A stretch of 64,000 nt of DNA from Selaginella moellendorffii. Taxonomy: Eukaryota; Plantae; Lycopodiophyta. The notes below the pieces were generated by a model. That model saw nothing but the letters and a program-made list of their open reading frames with translations, ran no database searches and was not told the DNA's origin. Positions 63,301 through 64,000 of the stretch are shown here, one piece after another (the first letter of the stretch is position 1; the number at the start of each line of letters is the position of its first letter). The stretch lies in contig NW_003314276.1 in the NCBI RefSeq assembly GCF_000143415.4, positions 1,242,574-1,306,573 of the forward strand, given 5' to 3'. The position numbers and the translations under genes were made by a program.

Positions 63301-63675
63301 ACTTGTATGGGAAGTTATGTCAGGAAGCTCATCTTCTTCACTTTCGTCACTGGAGAGAATAACAACTTCATTCTTCACTCCTTACACAGTTGGCTGTGAA
63401 ACTAACGCACTCTCCTCTGCTCGCTTTGGAGATCCTATAACTAGAATCTCCTGACTTGTACATCTATCAAGATCCCACTGAATCCCATTCTTTCTCACAC
63501 CACTATTGAGAAGAATGGATTTTTCTATCTGATTACCCTTATCCCGACATACATTCTCCAAACTAATTGATCCTAGCTTCAACTTGAATCTTCTACAAAG
63601 GAAGCTCTCTCCTATAACATTCTTAGAGAAAACAATTGGAAGCTCTTGATTGAATTTCAAATAGAATTCTCTCAT
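60312..63675 (-). pseudogene. Degenerate MULE-like DDE transposase with N-terminal C2HC/GCM-like region and C-terminal SWIM finger
   Basis: CRKC..C...C..HVGYHQH; WIHFDHM..WSTMGAHV; PNFRGLMTDATGANW; CEFHW (CxxH); SWIM-like YTIKVCENPS..PDF..KHIYYIF; TIRs not identified. Confidence 0.72.
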
Positions 63676-64000
63676 ATCTTCTTCTTACTCGAGCACTTAA
63701 AAAAAATTTGGGGAGAAACTAACAAGAAAGAACAAAGATATTCTTCTGTATTATGAGCTTTAATTAGCTGTGTCCTTGCAAAGGACAAGTTAAATATTTA
63801 ACAAAATATACAACCATTTAGAATCTAAAGATATATGAGAATCTTAAAGAGCCACCCATATTAATTGTACAATTGATTGTGAGAGGAATAATACTATTGA
63901 AATGAATGGGGTTATGAGCGAGAGGCACTGATTAATCATGAGAGTTGTAACATTAATTGCTTGTTCTCCCTCTCATCTCCATGCTCTTTTCCCTTCAAAA

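Overview
Eukaryotic plant nuclear DNA. A fern or other non-seed vascular plant is suggested by the short-LTR Cassandra and the Tcn1-like chromovirus, but this is tentative. I see no intact host gene. The window is a nest of LTR retrotransposons built largely inside a CYP72-clan cytochrome P450 pseudogene, whose exons are scattered from ~15.0 kb to ~59.8 kb. Letters are my working labels; nesting was reconstructed from LTR pairs and 5-bp TSDs. Nest 1: P450 <- Ty3/gypsy A (15526-35451) <- chromovirus D (17246-33213) <- non-autonomous B2 (19609-26891) and a solo C LTR (28076-29900). Nest 2: P450 <- old Ty1/copia G (36348-59733) <- pol-less, Arg-primed element E (37325-50864) <- LARD-like C (38325-46461) <- Cassandra TRIM (41212-41933); G also holds Tcn1/Tf1-like chromovirus F (53630-59157). 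The left end is an old C-family internal fragment carrying A0 (1-2692) and B1 (4290-11431). The right end is an intron-containing MULE/SWIM transposase relic. Most interesting: (i) a possible helper/parasite network in which D shares cis-modules with B, C and Cassandra; (ii) D's asymmetric composite LTRs; (iii) E's extra ORFs (5' Cys-rich ORF1 and a 3' ORF split by C) with no pol; (iv) B1 carrying a copy of its own flanking DNA; (v) a perfect self-priming PBS in F. All alignments and difference counts were made by eye.
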